64,000 nt of DNA from Deltaproteobacteria bacterium. GTDB lineage: Bacteria; Myxococcota_A; UBA9160; SMWR01. The notes beneath the pieces are model-generated. The model did no database searches and was not told the DNA's origin. It saw only the letters and a program-made list of their open reading frames with translations. A program made the position numbers and the translations under genes. Of the stretch, positions 18,414 to 29,454 are shown one piece after another. The number at the start of each line of letters is the position of its first letter. Position 1 is the first letter of the stretch. The DNA lies in the NCBI GenBank assembly GCA_019310965.1, contig JAFDDG010000005.1, positions 16,227 to 80,226 on the forward strand. The letters run 5' to 3'.

Positions 18414-18531
18414 GCTGTTTCCTCTCTCCGGTTTTCGACCACTCACTCGGCTCCGACGGCCGGCCCGCCTTGTCGGACCCGCGGGGCTCGCCGGGAGCTG
18501 CTGGTTGGCGAGCGCGTCGTCGTCGTGCCCG

Positions 18532-19374
18532 CTACTCGGGCTTGCCGGTGTAGACCGGCTTGCGCTTCTCGACGAAGGCGCGCACGCCCTCCTTGGAGTC
18601 CGCGCTGGAGAATTGGGCGGCGTAGTAGACGTCCCGCATCGCCTGCATCAGGTGGTCCGGATGTTCGCGTCCGAGGATGGCGAGGCGTTTGGACATCTGG
18701 GCATGCAGCGGTGGCATGCTCGCAAAGTCGGCGACGATCCGCCGCGCTTCGGCCAGGACTTCGGACTTTGGCACCACCGCGTTGACGAAGCCCAGGCGAA
18801 GCGCCTCCTCGGATTCCATGATCCGACCCCGCAGCGCCATGTCCATGGCGATCCGCCAGGGCAGCGAGCGAACCACACCGCTCGCAAAGCTGCCCTGTCC
18901 CCAGCGCATCTCGACCAGACCGAAGCGTGTCTCCGGCGCGGCGACCACGTAGTCTGCATTGGCGTCGACCAGCAAGGTCCCAGCTCCGTAACAGGGGCCT
19001 GCGACTGCAAAGACCATCGGCTTGTAGATCTTCGAGCCGTCGAGTTCGAGCAGATGGGACCACGAGAAGACATCGTCAGATGGGGCGTCCGGTCGGAACA
19101 CCCGGTCGAAGCCGCTGGGCAATCGGTAGCCGCGATCGGCTTCTTCCTCGTTCCACACCTTGTCCATCGCCTTCAGGTGTCCGCCATAGGTGAAGGCGGT
19201 CCTGTCTTCGGGGGCATGCACCAGGGCGCACCAGGCCTCTGGATCGTCGCGGAATTCCCGGAACGTCTCGGCCAGGGGGATGTACACGTCGTCCGGGCTG
19301 AACAGGTTGTGTTCTCCGATCCCCTCGATTTCGATCTCGGCGACATGATCCGCGACCTTGTAGTGAATCGTCAT
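18532..19374 (-). CDS. Enoyl-CoA hydratase/isomerase (crotonase) family
   Basis: 280 aa. Crotonase-fold pattern (MVFAVAGPCYGAGTLL, ETRFGLVEMRWG, KEGVRAFVEKRKP). Confidence 0.85.
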   Translation of the reverse strand: MTIHYKVADHVAEIEIEGIGEHNLFSPDDVYIPLAETFREFRDDPEAWCALVHAPEDRTAFTYGGHLKAMDKVWNEEEADRGYRLPSGFDRVFRPDAPSDDVFSWSHLLELDGSKIYKPMVFAVAGPCYGAGTLLVDANADYVVAAPETRFGLVEMRWGQGSFASGVVRSLPWRIAMDMALRGRIMESEEALRLGFVNAVVPKSEVLAEARRIVADFASMPPLHAQMSKRLAILGREHPDHLMQAMRDVYYAAQFSSADSKEGVRAFVEKRKPVYTGKPE

Positions 19375-19396
19375 GGCAACCTCTCCTTTGAATGGC

Positions 19397-20581
19397 TCAC
19401 CCGATCACGCCCCGCTTCCTCAAGCCGGCGATGTCTTCCCATGTCACGTCACACGACTCGAGAAGAATCTCCTCCGAGTGCTCGCCGAACTCGCACGCGG
19501 GGCGTCGAATCGAACACTCGGATTCGCTGAAGGAGAAGGGAAAGCCGAGCGTTCGACTGGGTCCGAGCGTGGGGTGCTCGATATCGGTGACGTAGTCGTT
19601 CGCCGCGGCCTGAAGCAGCGACGTGGCCTCTTCCATGGTGTTCACGGGGCCGTAGGCGAACTTGCACGTCAGCTCTTCGAATCGAGTCAGCCAGCGGCTG
19701 CGCGGCTCGCAGGCGATGCGCGCCTCGATGAGTTCTCGCGCGGCGCCCTGGGCCAGGGCTTCGTCGGCCTCGTCTCGATCGAGCTCCAGCGCGGCGCAGA
19801 ATTCCGGCCAGTAACGATCGAGCTGTGGCTCGCAGAAGATGATCCACTGCGAATCCGCACAGCGGTAGTAGGCGAGAAGCGGGCCTCCGAAGGTATCCGT
19901 GAAGCGATCGATCGGCTTGCCGGTCCAGAGCGTCGTGTTGACGTTGAGTGCCTGGAGGTGGAGCGCGATGCCGAGTAGCGACGAGGTCACCTCCTGGCCA
20001 CCCGCACCGCGCTCGCGAGCGAAGAGCGCCGCCAGGACCGCGTAACCCAGGCTCATCCCGGACGCCATGTCGATCGGGCCGCCGGTCACCGTCGCCGGGG
20101 TCCCGGAGCGGGCGTCGCCGGTGCTCCACATCAACCCCGAGATGCCCTGCATCAGGACATCGTAGGCGCGGCGATCCGAATCGGGTCCCTTCGGCCCCCA
20201 ACCCGAGCCGCCATAGCCGTAGATGAGCTGGCCGTTGTGTTGCCGAAGCGTGGCGTAGTCGGCCGCCACGGCTCGAGTGAGCCGCCGGCTGTAGCTCGTC
20301 AGGAATACGTCGGCTCCCGAAACGAGACGGTGCAAGAGGCGCTGACCTTCGGGATCTCCGAGGTTGAGCGTCAGTCCCCGCTTGTTGCGATTCACCGTTT
20401 CGTAGGCGACGGTGCGACCGCCGGGCAGCCCACCGGATTGCATGCCGCGGACGGGATCTCCTCGGATCGGGTCCTCGATCTTCACCACGTCGGCTCCGAG
20501 ATCACCGAGCATGGAAGCGGTCGAAGGGACGCTCAGCCAGGACGCCCATTCGATGACGCGAATTCCGTCGAGTACGCCCAT
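19397..20581 (-). CDS. Family III CoA-transferase (CaiB/BaiF type)
   Basis: GIRVIEW...LGDLGADVVKIE N-terminal motif. 394 aa. Confidence 0.9.
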   Translation of the reverse strand: MGVLDGIRVIEWASWLSVPSTASMLGDLGADVVKIEDPIRGDPVRGMQSGGLPGGRTVAYETVNRNKRGLTLNLGDPEGQRLLHRLVSGADVFLTSYSRRLTRAVAADYATLRQHNGQLIYGYGGSGWGPKGPDSDRRAYDVLMQGISGLMWSTGDARSGTPATVTGGPIDMASGMSLGYAVLAALFARERGAGGQEVTSSLLGIALHLQALNVNTTLWTGKPIDRFTDTFGGPLLAYYRCADSQWIIFCEPQLDRYWPEFCAALELDRDEADEALAQGAARELIEARIACEPRSRWLTRFEELTCKFAYGPVNTMEEATSLLQAAANDYVTDIEHPTLGPSRTLGFPFSFSESECSIRRPACEFGEHSEEILLESCDVTWEDIAGLRKRGVIG

Positions 20582-20939
20582 CCACTTCTCCGTGAGCCGT
20601 GAGTGCCGCGGGTCTCCGTCGGTGCGCGGCTCCGTGCCACGGCATGGCGCTGTCCCGCGCGTGCGCCTATTCGGCGAGAAAGGGCGGCGAATCGTGTTCC
20701 CTCAGCCGATCGATGAACCTCACATCGCCGCGCGTGCGTCGTCGCATCGCAGATCGGGGGCATCCTATCACGCCGGTCCCGCTCCGTCTGCGGAGCGGCA
20801 GAAGCGGTGGCAAGCGGGCTTCCCGCGCCGCTGCTGTCGGCCAGTGGAGGCGGGGGATCACACTGCACGGCGACGCATGGAGCGCTTCGAAGCCAGCGCG
20901 TTGGGTTAGGATGTCGGCGATGCAAGGGAGGCAAGAGCC

Positions 20940-21689
20940 GTGAAAGGTCTGACATTCGATTTCTCCGGCTGCAGGGTGCTGGTGACCGGCGGCACGTCGG
21001 GCATCGGTCTCGGCGTTGCCGGCGGGTTCGCCGCTGCGGGCGCCGAGGTGTGGATCACCGGGCGGCGCGCGAAGGCGTCGGAGTACGACGTGGATCTCGC
21101 CCGGTTCACCTACCGACAGGCCGAGATGACCGATCCCGCCTCTCTCGAGCGACTCGTGGGCGAGCTCGATCGTCTCGACGTGTTGATCAACAACGCGGGC
21201 GGCAACTTGATGGCCCAGGACGAGTGGAAGCTCGAGGTCTTCACCCAGGCGGTGCAGATGCACCTGTTCAGCGCGTTTCAGCTGGCGGTGTCGTGCAAGC
21301 CGCTGCTGGTGAAGAGCGGGCTCGAGGGCGGGGGCAGCATCGTGAGCTGCGCCAGCATGTCGGCGTTTCGCGCTGTGCCCTTCGTGCCCGGCTACGGGGC
21401 AGGCAAGGCGGGCATCGTGCAGATGACGCTCAACATGGGCGTCGCGTGGGCGCGGGACAACGTGCGCGTCAACGCCGTCGCACCGGGGCTCATCGAGACG
21501 GGCATGACGTCGATCATGAAGACCGACGCCATGAAGGATGTGGAGGCGGCCGAGCTGGCGCGGGTGCCGATGGCACGCTGGGGGACGCCCGACGACGTGA
21601 TGCCGGCCTTTCTCTTCCTCGCGAGCCCGGCCGCTCGCTTCATCACCGGCCAGATGCTCTGCGTCGACGGTGGCTTCTCGGCGTTCTGA
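20940..21689 (+). CDS. SDR-family oxidoreductase
   Basis: VTGGTSGIG, NNAG, YGAGKAG. GTG start with GGGAGG upstream. Confidence 0.9.
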   Translation: MKGLTFDFSGCRVLVTGGTSGIGLGVAGGFAAAGAEVWITGRRAKASEYDVDLARFTYRQAEMTDPASLERLVGELDRLDVLINNAGGNLMAQDEWKLEVFTQAVQMHLFSAFQLAVSCKPLLVKSGLEGGGSIVSCASMSAFRAVPFVPGYGAGKAGIVQMTLNMGVAWARDNVRVNAVAPGLIETGMTSIMKTDAMKDVEAAELARVPMARWGTPDDVMPAFLFLASPAARFITGQMLCVDGGFSAF

Positions 21690-21769
21690 AAGCTGCGCCG
21701 GATCGCGTGCCGGGCCTGTTGGCTGTGCGGTCGCATTGATTAGGATGGGCGCCCAACTAGGAGACTGCC

Positions 21770-22996
21770 GTGGATTTTGCCTACGACGAGAAGACTCAGC
21801 TGGCGCTCTCGAAGCTCACCGCATTCATGCACGAGCACATCTATTCCAACGAGGAAGCTTTCTACCGCGGGCACGCCGAGCTGGGTGATCGTTGGCAGGT
21901 GCCGCCGATGCTCGAGGGGCTGAAGGCCCGGGCCCGGGAGGCGGGCCTCTGGAACCTCTTCCTGCCCGACAGCCAGCGCGGCGGCGGCTTCACGAATCTC
22001 CAATATGCGCCGCTCTGTGAGGTGATGGGACGGGTTGGCTTTGCGCCGGAGGTCTTCAACTGCAGCGCGCCGGATACCGGAAACATGGAGACCATCGAGC
22101 GCTACGGCAGCGAGGAGCAGAAGAAAGAGTGGCTGGACCCGCTGCTCGAGGGGCGCATTCGCTCCGCCTTCGCGATGACCGAGCCGGCGGTCGCGTCTTC
22201 GGATGCGACGAACATCCAGACCGAGATCCGCCGCGATGGCGACGAGTACGTGATCAATGGTCGCAAGTGGTGGACCTCGGGCAGCCACGACCCGCGCTGC
22301 GAGATTCTGATCGTGATGGGCCGCACCGACTCCAATGCTCCGACGCACGCACAGCAGAGCATGATCCTGGTGCCGCTCGCCACGCCGGGGATCCATCTCG
22401 AGCGCACTCTGCCCGTCTTCGGTTACGACGATGCGCCGCACGGCCACGGGGAGGTCGTGTTCGAGAATGTGCGGGTTCCGGCGAGCAACATCCTGCTGGG
22501 GGAGGGGCGCGGCTTCGAGATCGCCCAAGGTCGTCTCGGGCCGGGCCGCATCCACCACTGCATGCGCATCATCGGCATTGCCGAGCGGAGCCTCGAAAAG
22601 ATGTGCCAGCGCCTGATGACACGGGAGGCCTTCGGCAAGAAGATCTACGAGCATTCGGTCTGGGAAGAACGCATTGCCGACGCGCGCATCGACATCGAAT
22701 GTGCGCGGCTGCTCACACTCAAGGCCGCCTACATGATGGACACCGTCGGCAACAAGGTGGCCCGGGCCGAGATCGCGATGATCAAGGTGAAGGCGCCGCT
22801 GATGGCGCTCCGGGTCATCGACGACGCCATCCAGGCCCACGGAGGCGGTGGGGTGAGCGACGACTTCGGCCTCGCCCGTGCGTACGCGCAGATCCGCTCC
22901 CTGCGGCTCGCCGATGGCCCCGACGAGGTGCACCGGCGCACGGTCGCCAGGCTCGAACTCAAGCGCCAGGCCGAGCGGGCCGGCAGCGCGCGCTAG
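21770..22996 (+). CDS. Acyl-CoA dehydrogenase (FadE2/ACAD10-like subgroup)
   Basis: 408 aa. [26 protein letters not shown]-terminal DGPDEVH. GTG start. Confidence 0.9.
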   Translation: MDFAYDEKTQLALSKLTAFMHEHIYSNEEAFYRGHAELGDRWQVPPMLEGLKARAREAGLWNLFLPDSQRGGGFTNLQYAPLCEVMGRVGFAPEVFNCSAPDTGNMETIERYGSEEQKKEWLDPLLEGRIRSAFAMTEPAVASSDATNIQTEIRRDGDEYVINGRKWWTSGSHDPRCEILIVMGRTDSNAPTHAQQSMILVPLATPGIHLERTLPVFGYDDAPHGHGEVVFENVRVPASNILLGEGRGFEIAQGRLGPGRIHHCMRIIGIAERSLEKMCQRLMTREAFGKKIYEHSVWEERIADARIDIECARLLTLKAAYMMDTVGNKVARAEIAMIKVKAPLMALRVIDDAIQAHGGGGVSDDFGLARAYAQIRSLRLADGPDEVHRRTVARLELKRQAERAGSAR

Positions 22997-23292
22997 CGCG
23001 GCGGCGCCCCCGGTGGCTGCGCCGTTGGGCGCCGCGCTGCGCCCGCCGACGCCGCTGGCACCCCGGCGTCCGCCACTGCCGAGTTGGCGCGTGGGCCCCT
23101 GAATCCCCCTGGGGACACCCCCAATCTGCGGCTCGCCGGCGGGTTGGAGCGCGGGAAATGACCCGCAGTTCTCTGTCTAAGTAGCCGAAAGCAGGGCTTT
23201 AGACGGGTTGAATTCCGGGCGGCCGGGCGTATCCTTTTCGTGGGGGGAGGGAGCAGAACAGCGTTCTAGAAAACTAGACACTGGAGGTCGCC

Positions 23293-23619
23293 ATGGCAGC
23301 ATCGCGCTGGCCCATCGTCCTTCTTGCAGTTCTTGCAGCCGCTCTTCTCGCGCAGCCCGCCAACGCAGAGCCCGATCAGGTCCCCCCCTCGGCACTCGCC
23401 CCCGTCCGCCTCGCGGAGATCCTGAAGAGCCTCGACCGCCCGCAGCCGGGTGAGAGCTGGCTCGCACATCACATGGCCCGGGTCGGCATCTCGGGCAAAC
23501 ACGGTCTCACCTACACCCGGCGCCTGGACCGCGGCGAGAAGGGCATGCGGTTGCGCTTCGGGGGGCCCGTGGTGGGGCGCAAGGCTCGGTTGGGGCTCTC
23601 CTTCGAGATTCGCTTCTAG
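23293..23619 (+). CDS. Small secreted hypothetical protein
   Basis: GGAGG 5 nt upstream of the ATG. Signal peptide with AxA site (LAQPANA/EP). C-terminus is LSFEIRF. Confidence 0.5.
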   Translation: MAASRWPIVLLAVLAAALLAQPANAEPDQVPPSALAPVRLAEILKSLDRPQPGESWLAHHMARVGISGKHGLTYTRRLDRGEKGMRLRFGGPVVGRKARLGLSFEIRF

Positions 23620-23757
23620 TCCGGCTGCGCGCGTCGCGCCGGTCTCTGGTGCCGTTGGAGCGGAGCCGCCAGCTGCTGCGGGGCGTTGGTCCCGAGGCCG
23701 ACGGCCTCGCGCCCACAACGGCGGCCCGGCGCGAAGCAGAATTGCTAGCGTCTCGGC

Positions 23758-24552
23758 GTGCAGGCGTACCTCGATCTGATGCGTCGCGTGCTCACGGACG
23801 GCACCGACAGAGGCGATCGAACCGGCACGGGAACCCGCAGTCTCTTCGGTCACCAGTTCCGCTTCGATCTCGCCGAGGGCTTCCCGCTAGTCACCACGAA
23901 GAAGCTGCACCTGCGCTCGATCATCCACGAGCTCCTGTGGTTCATGCGTGGAGAGACCAATGTGAAGCCGCTGCAGGAAGTGGGCGTGTCGATTTGGGAC
24001 GCCTGGGCGGACGCAGGAGGCGAGCTCGGGCCGGTGTACGGGCGTCAGTGGCGCTCCTGGCCCGCGCCGGAGGGGGGCGGCATCGACCAGCTGGGCCGGG
24101 TGGTCGAAGAGATTCGCAGCAATCCGGATTCGCGCAGGCTGCTGGTGAGTGCCTGGAACGTGGCCGATCTGCCGAAGATGGCGCTGGCTCCGTGCCATGT
24201 GATGTTCCAGTTCTACGTGGCGGATCGAAGGCTCTCCTGCCAGCTCTACCAGCGCAGCGCCGATCTCTTTCTCGGTGTGCCGTTCAACATCGCCTCCTAT
24301 GCGTTGCTCACCATGCTGGTGGCCCAGGTGTGTGAACTCGAGCTCGGCGATTTCGTGCACACCTTCGGTGACGTGCACCTCTACTCGAATCACCTGGATC
24401 AGGCGCGCCTCCAGCTCGAGCGCGAGCCGCGGGCGCTACCGCGCATGCAGCTCGATCCCTCGGTGAGGTTGCTGGACGACTTCCGCTACGAGCATTTCCG
24501 TCTCGTGGGTTACGACCCGCACCCGCACATCAGCGCGCCCGTCGCGGTATGA
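23758..24552 (+). CDS. thyA: Thymidylate synthase
   Basis: Full-length match to the ThyA pattern: DRTGTGT, HELLWF, catalytic [24 protein letters not shown]-terminal APVAV. Confidence 0.97.
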   Translation: MQAYLDLMRRVLTDGTDRGDRTGTGTRSLFGHQFRFDLAEGFPLVTTKKLHLRSIIHELLWFMRGETNVKPLQEVGVSIWDAWADAGGELGPVYGRQWRSWPAPEGGGIDQLGRVVEEIRSNPDSRRLLVSAWNVADLPKMALAPCHVMFQFYVADRRLSCQLYQRSADLFLGVPFNIASYALLTMLVAQVCELELGDFVHTFGDVHLYSNHLDQARLQLEREPRALPRMQLDPSVRLLDDFRYEHFRLVGYDPHPHISAPVAV

Positions 24553-25061
24553 GCGACGAGCTGGGCCTGATCGCAGCCGTGGCGCGAAACGGCGTGATCG
24601 GGCGCGACGGCGGCCTGCCCTGGCGCCTGCCCGAAGACCTGAAGCACTTCCAGCGCACGACCCTCGGCAATTGTCTCATCATGGGACGCATGACCTGGGA
24701 GTCGTTGCCGGCTGCGCTGCCCGGCCGTCGCTGCGTCGTCGTTTCGCGAGATCGGGCATATCGCGCAGAAGGTGCGGAGGTGGTTGCGAACCTGGACGCG
24801 GCGCTCACCGCAGCGCACGCCGTGCCCGGTGAACGTGCGATCGTGGCCGGCGGCGCGCAGATCTACGCGCTGGCGCTGCCGCGGGCGCAGCGCATGTGGT
24901 TGACCCGCGTCGACGCCGAAGTCGAGGGCGATGTCCTCTTCCCCGCGTGGGGCGCAGCGGAGTGGGAGAGGGTGGCGGCCGTCGAATGCGCTGCCGATGC
25001 CAGGCACGCCCACGCGTTCTGCATCGAGGAGTGGGTGCGGATCTCTGCACTCACTCCGTGA
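24549..25061 (+). CDS. folA: Dihydrofolate reductase
   Basis: [24 protein letters not shown] and [10 protein letters not shown] motifs. The ATGA overlap with the thyA stop is the classic thyA-folA arrangement. Confidence 0.93.
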   Translation: MSDELGLIAAVARNGVIGRDGGLPWRLPEDLKHFQRTTLGNCLIMGRMTWESLPAALPGRRCVVVSRDRAYRAEGAEVVANLDAALTAAHAVPGERAIVAGGAQIYALALPRAQRMWLTRVDAEVEGDVLFPAWGAAEWERVAAVECAADARHAHAFCIEEWVRISALTP

Positions 25062-25073
25062 CGCACGTGCCGC

Positions 25074-26225
25074 TCACATCCGATCGAAGACGGCCAAGGT
25101 CTCGACGTGTTCGGTGAACGGCAGGAGAGCGAATGGCGTGAGCTCCCGCAGTCGCAGGCTCCCGCTGGCGAGCAGGGCGTGTGCGTCGGCCGTCAGGCCG
25201 TCGAGGTCGCAGCTCACGTAGACGAGCCTCTGCACCGCTGACCGCGGAAGCGCTTCGCGCAGGGCCGCGTCGAGGCCCTTGCGCGGCGGATCGACGATCG
25301 CCACGTCGCGTCCCGCGAGAGCGCCGATGTGTTGGCCGGCTTCTCCGGGCAGCCGTTCGGCGGCGGACCGGGCGGGCTGCGGCAAGGCGTCGAGGCCGAG
25401 CTCGAGCCCGCGCAGGCCGTGGGGATTGAGCTCGTTGAAGGCGATGGCCTGACCGCGCGCGAGCAGGCCGAGGCCGATGGCGCCGCTGCCGGCGTAGAAC
25501 TCGACGATCCGGCTCCTCCGCGGCACGCATTCGTGCACGCGCTGCACCAGTGCATCGGCGAGGTCGAGGTGGCTCTGCCCGAATGCGCCGGGTGGAAAGA
25601 AGACGTCTGCGCCGCCGATCGATTCGGAGACCGCTTCCGCTCCCAGGATGTGTTGCCAGTGCGTTCCCAGAATCACGTTGGTGCGTTCGGCGTTGCCATT
25701 CCACCAGAGGCTATGCAGCGTGTCGCCCGCCTCCTCGCGCAGCCGGTCGAGCAGCGCCGCCGCCGGTTCCGCGCTCTCGGAGTTCGTCACCACCACGACC
25801 TGCGCCTTCCCGCTCGCGCGCTCGACGACGATCTGCACGCTGCGTACGAGCCCGTGATGCCGTGCGTCCGCGTAGGGCTGGCTGTCGGTCGCGCGGATCG
25901 CGCGCTTCAGCGCCGCGGCAATCTGGTTCACGACCGGGTGGTGAACGAAGCAGTTCGGGATGTCGACGATGCGGTGGGACCTGGCCTGGAAGAGGCCGAT
26001 CTTCGGCGAGCGGGCGCGGCCGCGCACCATCAGCCGCGCTCGCCGACGCTGGCCGAGCGGGCTGCCTTCGACCGGCGCCGCCAGCGCGGCACCTGTCTCC
26101 GCGGCGAGAGCGCGCAGGCGCAGGCCTGCGGCGGCTGAGATTCCGGGCTCGGCGTAGCGCGGGCAGCCCGGGCAGGTGGGCCTGTGCGTGCACTCGGGAA
26201 CGGCCGAGTCAGGTTTCGCGCTCAC
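25074..26225 (-). CDS. SAM-dependent RNA (uracil-5-)-methyltransferase, RumA/TrmA family
   Basis: N-terminal Cx5Cx2C cluster (CTHRPTCPGC), SAM motif FYAGSGAIG, DPPRKGLD, catalytic-region VYVSCD. No TRAM domain is evident. Confidence 0.75.
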   Translation of the reverse strand: MSAKPDSAVPECTHRPTCPGCPRYAEPGISAAAGLRLRALAAETGAALAAPVEGSPLGQRRRARLMVRGRARSPKIGLFQARSHRIVDIPNCFVHHPVVNQIAAALKRAIRATDSQPYADARHHGLVRSVQIVVERASGKAQVVVVTNSESAEPAAALLDRLREEAGDTLHSLWWNGNAERTNVILGTHWQHILGAEAVSESIGGADVFFPPGAFGQSHLDLADALVQRVHECVPRRSRIVEFYAGSGAIGLGLLARGQAIAFNELNPHGLRGLELGLDALPQPARSAAERLPGEAGQHIGALAGRDVAIVDPPRKGLDAALREALPRSAVQRLVYVSCDLDGLTADAHALLASGSLRLRELTPFALLPFTEHVETLAVFDRM

Positions 26226-26234
26226 GCCCGCTCG

Positions 26235-26855
26235 TCAGGCCCAGATGTCGAGGATTTCCTGCGACGTGGTCAGGGTCGTGATGCGGGCCAGGCTGTTCGC
26301 GAGCACATCCTGCCCGTACTCCTGCGGATAGCCGGCCACGCAATCCGTCGGGATCACGACGTGGTAGCCGCGGTTGATCGCCTCGATCACCACGCCCAGG
26401 ATGCCGACGTTGAGCGAAACGCCCGTCGCGATCAGCGTCGAGACGCCCGCGCTGCGCAGCATCGGGTCGAGGGGGGTGCCGAAGAAAGGCGACATCCCGT
26501 GGTAGCGCGTCGTGTCGAGGTCCGTCTTCTCCGGGCCGAGCTCCGGCACCAGCTCGGCCTGCGGCGAGCCCTCCAGGACGTGGTCGGGATTCTCGAGCAA
26601 GCGATTCACCATCGGAACGTTGCGAAAAGAGCCGGCGCGGTCGTGGCGGAAGACGGCGCGGCAGTGGACCACCGGTGTGCCCTGGCGCCGCGCCACCGCG
26701 AGCAGTGCCGCGATCTTCGGGATGATGCCGAGCTCGGCCACCACGTCTGCCAGGGGCCGGATGGCGGCGAGGTCGCCCACCACCCCGCGCTGAACTTCCA
26801 TGGTCAGAAGGGCCGGGCGGGCCAGCTGGCCGACCAGCTGCTCGAGTATCGTCAC
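26235..26855 (-). CDS. Isochorismatase-family cysteine hydrolase
   Basis: 206 aa. Characteristic ...LIATGVSLNVGILGVVIEAINRGYHVVIPTDCVAG (catalytic Cys). GAGGAG upstream of the GTG start. Confidence 0.85.
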   Translation of the reverse strand: MTILEQLVGQLARPALLTMEVQRGVVGDLAAIRPLADVVAELGIIPKIAALLAVARRQGTPVVHCRAVFRHDRAGSFRNVPMVNRLLENPDHVLEGSPQAELVPELGPEKTDLDTTRYHGMSPFFGTPLDPMLRSAGVSTLIATGVSLNVGILGVVIEAINRGYHVVIPTDCVAGYPQEYGQDVLANSLARITTLTTSQEILDIWA

Positions 26856-26895
26856 GTCGAACTCCTCGTGCGCGGGCAGCCCATTCTAGCTGCGA

Positions 26896-28263
26896 TCAAG
26901 TCTGGCGGAAGCGCCGCTGGCTGTGCTCCTGGCGCACGCGAACTTGCTGCCGGCGCCCCTCGGGCGCGACGAGCGCGGTATCGGGCGGCAGGTGATCGCG
27001 GATCTCGGACAGCGCCACGACCTGGAACTTCAACTCGGGGAGTTCGTCGGGTACCTCGTGGTAGGCCCAGCGCTGGCTCAGCATGCCCTCGCGGTGACCG
27101 GTGGTGTCGAGCCAGTTGTTCACTCCGGGGTCGGCGTGGGCGACCACGTAGCGCACCTTGCCGTCCGCGTCTGCGCGGGCCTGGAGGTTGTTCAAGCTCG
27201 TCACGTAGTTCGCGTAGTCGAATGACTCGCCCCAGATGTTGCAGAGGTTGAAGCCGGTGTAGAGCGGCGTCACCGGGATCGTCTGCTCGATGATGAGCGC
27301 CTGGTCCTCCTCGAGCTGGTACAGGCCGCCGGCGTAGATGTTGGTCGCCTGTGCGGCGCCGACCGTCGCCGAAGGGGCACTCGGCTCGATGGACACGTTG
27401 TTCTCCGCGGGGAAGGCGTAGTCCGTGACGATCGGGCTGTTGCGATAGCCGTTGAGGATCGTGGCAAAGAAGTCGTTCCAGAAGCGCATCTGGTGGTTCA
27501 CGATCTCGCCGGTGCGCCGCAGCTTCGCGGCGGCGTCCTCCGGGGTGATGGGTGCGAGAGGGGCGCCGATCTTGTCGAGATTCACGATCTCGAGCTCCAC
27601 CGTTCGCTCGTTCTCCCAGTCGCAGAAGAGCTGCCGACAGATGAGATAGCGGCAGGTCTGCTCCTGGCCGCCGGGCGAGGTCGTCTTCGTCGCCAGGAAA
27701 TTTCCCGTGTATTCCGCCGGTCTCTCGGGAGCAACCAGGATCTCGAAGCTGCCGTCCGCTTCGAGCTGCAGATCCTGGGAGTCGAGCGAGCCGGCGTTGT
27801 TCGTCACCTCCGGCACCAGCTCCGCGATGCTCCCGCTATCGCCGGTGTAGTGGGTGACGCCGGTGAAGATCACGTACCACGGAGCGCACGGCGCGATAGG
27901 CGATCCTCCCCGCCAGTGACGCGTGTCCAGCGCCTTGCCCCGGATGCGGTAGCTCTGGTTGCCGTCGATCGGAGCGCTCAGGTAGAGATTGTCCGCGTTG
28001 TCCCAAGTCGATTTGGCGTGCGGTGGGATGGCGTGCTTGAAGTAGGGGAAGTCGGTGTCCTCGGCGAACGCCCGCTCTACCGCGCTGCATACGTACCCCA
28101 TCATGTAGCGGTAGCCCTCGGCCAGGTTGCGGTCTGTGGGCGGCGGGGGCTTGAGGTCGGGGTTGTCGATGGCGTCTCGCGCAGCAGCGATGCTCGCCAT
28201 CATCTCGTCGAAGGCGGCGCGCAGGTCGCCAACTGCCTTGCCAGGGTCGTCGCGTCGGGTCAT
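26896..28263 (-). CDS. DUF1214-like family protein, paralogue 1 of 3 (family assignment tentative)
   Basis: 455 aa from MTRRDDPG. Shares DN.YL.A.I....Y.I.G, FE/DILV...RP, DPGV.NWLDT.GH.EGML..RW blocks with 36368..37654, and more distantly with 31360..32574. Confidence 0.7.
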   Translation of the reverse strand: MTRRDDPGKAVGDLRAAFDEMMASIAAARDAIDNPDLKPPPPTDRNLAEGYRYMMGYVCSAVERAFAEDTDFPYFKHAIPPHAKSTWDNADNLYLSAPIDGNQSYRIRGKALDTRHWRGGSPIAPCAPWYVIFTGVTHYTGDSGSIAELVPEVTNNAGSLDSQDLQLEADGSFEILVAPERPAEYTGNFLATKTTSPGGQEQTCRYLICRQLFCDWENERTVELEIVNLDKIGAPLAPITPEDAAAKLRRTGEIVNHQMRFWNDFFATILNGYRNSPIVTDYAFPAENNVSIEPSAPSATVGAAQATNIYAGGLYQLEEDQALIIEQTIPVTPLYTGFNLCNIWGESFDYANYVTSLNNLQARADADGKVRYVVAHADPGVNNWLDTTGHREGMLSQRWAYHEVPDELPELKFQVVALSEIRDHLPPDTALVAPEGRRQQVRVRQEHSQRRFRQT

Positions 28264-28322
28264 CGTGCCAGTGTGTCCCACGGAACCCTGCTTCGTCACC
28301 AAGAAACCCACGAGGCCGTGCC

Positions 28323-29450
28323 GTGTTGAAATTCGCTGCGTTCGGAAAGGTGCAGCGGGCGATCTGGCGCAGCTCCGTCGGCTTCGGCCGCAAGCTGCTG
28401 CTTTCGGCGCTCTTCTGCTTCCTGCTCCTGTGGGGCGTGCTGAACGCGATCTGCCTGGGGCTCGATCACGTCCTCTTCCCCGGCTTTCGCAAGGTGAGGG
28501 TGAAACGCCCGGTCTTCATCATCGCCCATCCCCGCAGCGGCACCACGCTCACGCACCGCTTGATGCTGAAGGACCCGGGGCGCTACAGCTGCACGCGCGC
28601 CTACGAATGCCTCCTGCCGTCGATCCTGCAGAAGAAGCTCGTACGCGCGCTGGGGTGGGTCGATCGCAGGCTGCTCGGCGGGCTGCTGCACGATTTCGTG
28701 CGCTCGAAGGAAAGCTCCGCCCTCGGCGATCTCCAGGACATTCACCACTTCTCCTTGCTCGAGCCCGAGGAAGACGAGTTCTTCTACTTCATGACCTTCG
28801 GCTCTGGAGTGAGTCTCTCCCTGTTTCCCTACGTCGATGAATTCCGCGAAGTGATGGCGTACGACTGGATGCCGGAAGCGGCGCAGCGCGAGCACCTCGA
28901 GTACTACCACGGCTGTCTCCAGCGCCAAGTCTACCTGGACGGCGAGGCCAGGGTCTTCTGCAGCAAGAACACGACCACCTTCATTCCGAAGATCGAGCCG
29001 CTGGCCGAGCTGTACCCGGATGCTCGCTTCGTCCACATCGTCCGCAACCCGCTCGAGGTGGCGCCGAGCCTGCTGAGTCTGCTCGCTTCCACCTGGCGGC
29101 AGCTGGGATTTCCCGAGGACGACATCCAACGCGGCTGCGCCGTGATCCACCGCACCAATATGCGGGCCTACGAGCTGGCATTCGAAGCCTTCGATCGCAT
29201 GGATCCGGGCCGCTACTGCATCATCGAGTACAGGGATCTGGTGTCGGCGCCGAAGGCGACGATGCTGAAGGTGTACGAGACACTCGGGATCGAGATGCGT
29301 CCCGCCTACGCGGCGGTACTCGACGAGCTGCAGGAGAAGGCCCGCTCGCATCGCTCCGGGCACGAGTACGGGCTCGAAGAATACGACCTCACCGAGGCCG
29401 GCATCCGCGCCGAGTTGCCCACCGTCTTCGAACGCTACCAGTTCGACTGA
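28323..29450 (+). CDS. Sulfotransferase-family protein with an N-terminal membrane anchor
   Basis: PAPS 5'-phosphosulfate-binding loop HPRSGTT, a later RNPLEV region, and an N-terminal hydrophobic helix (LLLSALFCFLLLWGVL). GTG start. Confidence 0.8.
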   Translation: MLKFAAFGKVQRAIWRSSVGFGRKLLLSALFCFLLLWGVLNAICLGLDHVLFPGFRKVRVKRPVFIIAHPRSGTTLTHRLMLKDPGRYSCTRAYECLLPSILQKKLVRALGWVDRRLLGGLLHDFVRSKESSALGDLQDIHHFSLLEPEEDEFFYFMTFGSGVSLSLFPYVDEFREVMAYDWMPEAAQREHLEYYHGCLQRQVYLDGEARVFCSKNTTTFIPKIEPLAELYPDARFVHIVRNPLEVAPSLLSLLASTWRQLGFPEDDIQRGCAVIHRTNMRAYELAFEAFDRMDPGRYCIIEYRDLVSAPKATMLKVYETLGIEMRPAYAAVLDELQEKARSHRSGHEYGLEEYDLTEAGIRAELPTVFERYQFD

Positions 29451-29454
29451 GCAA

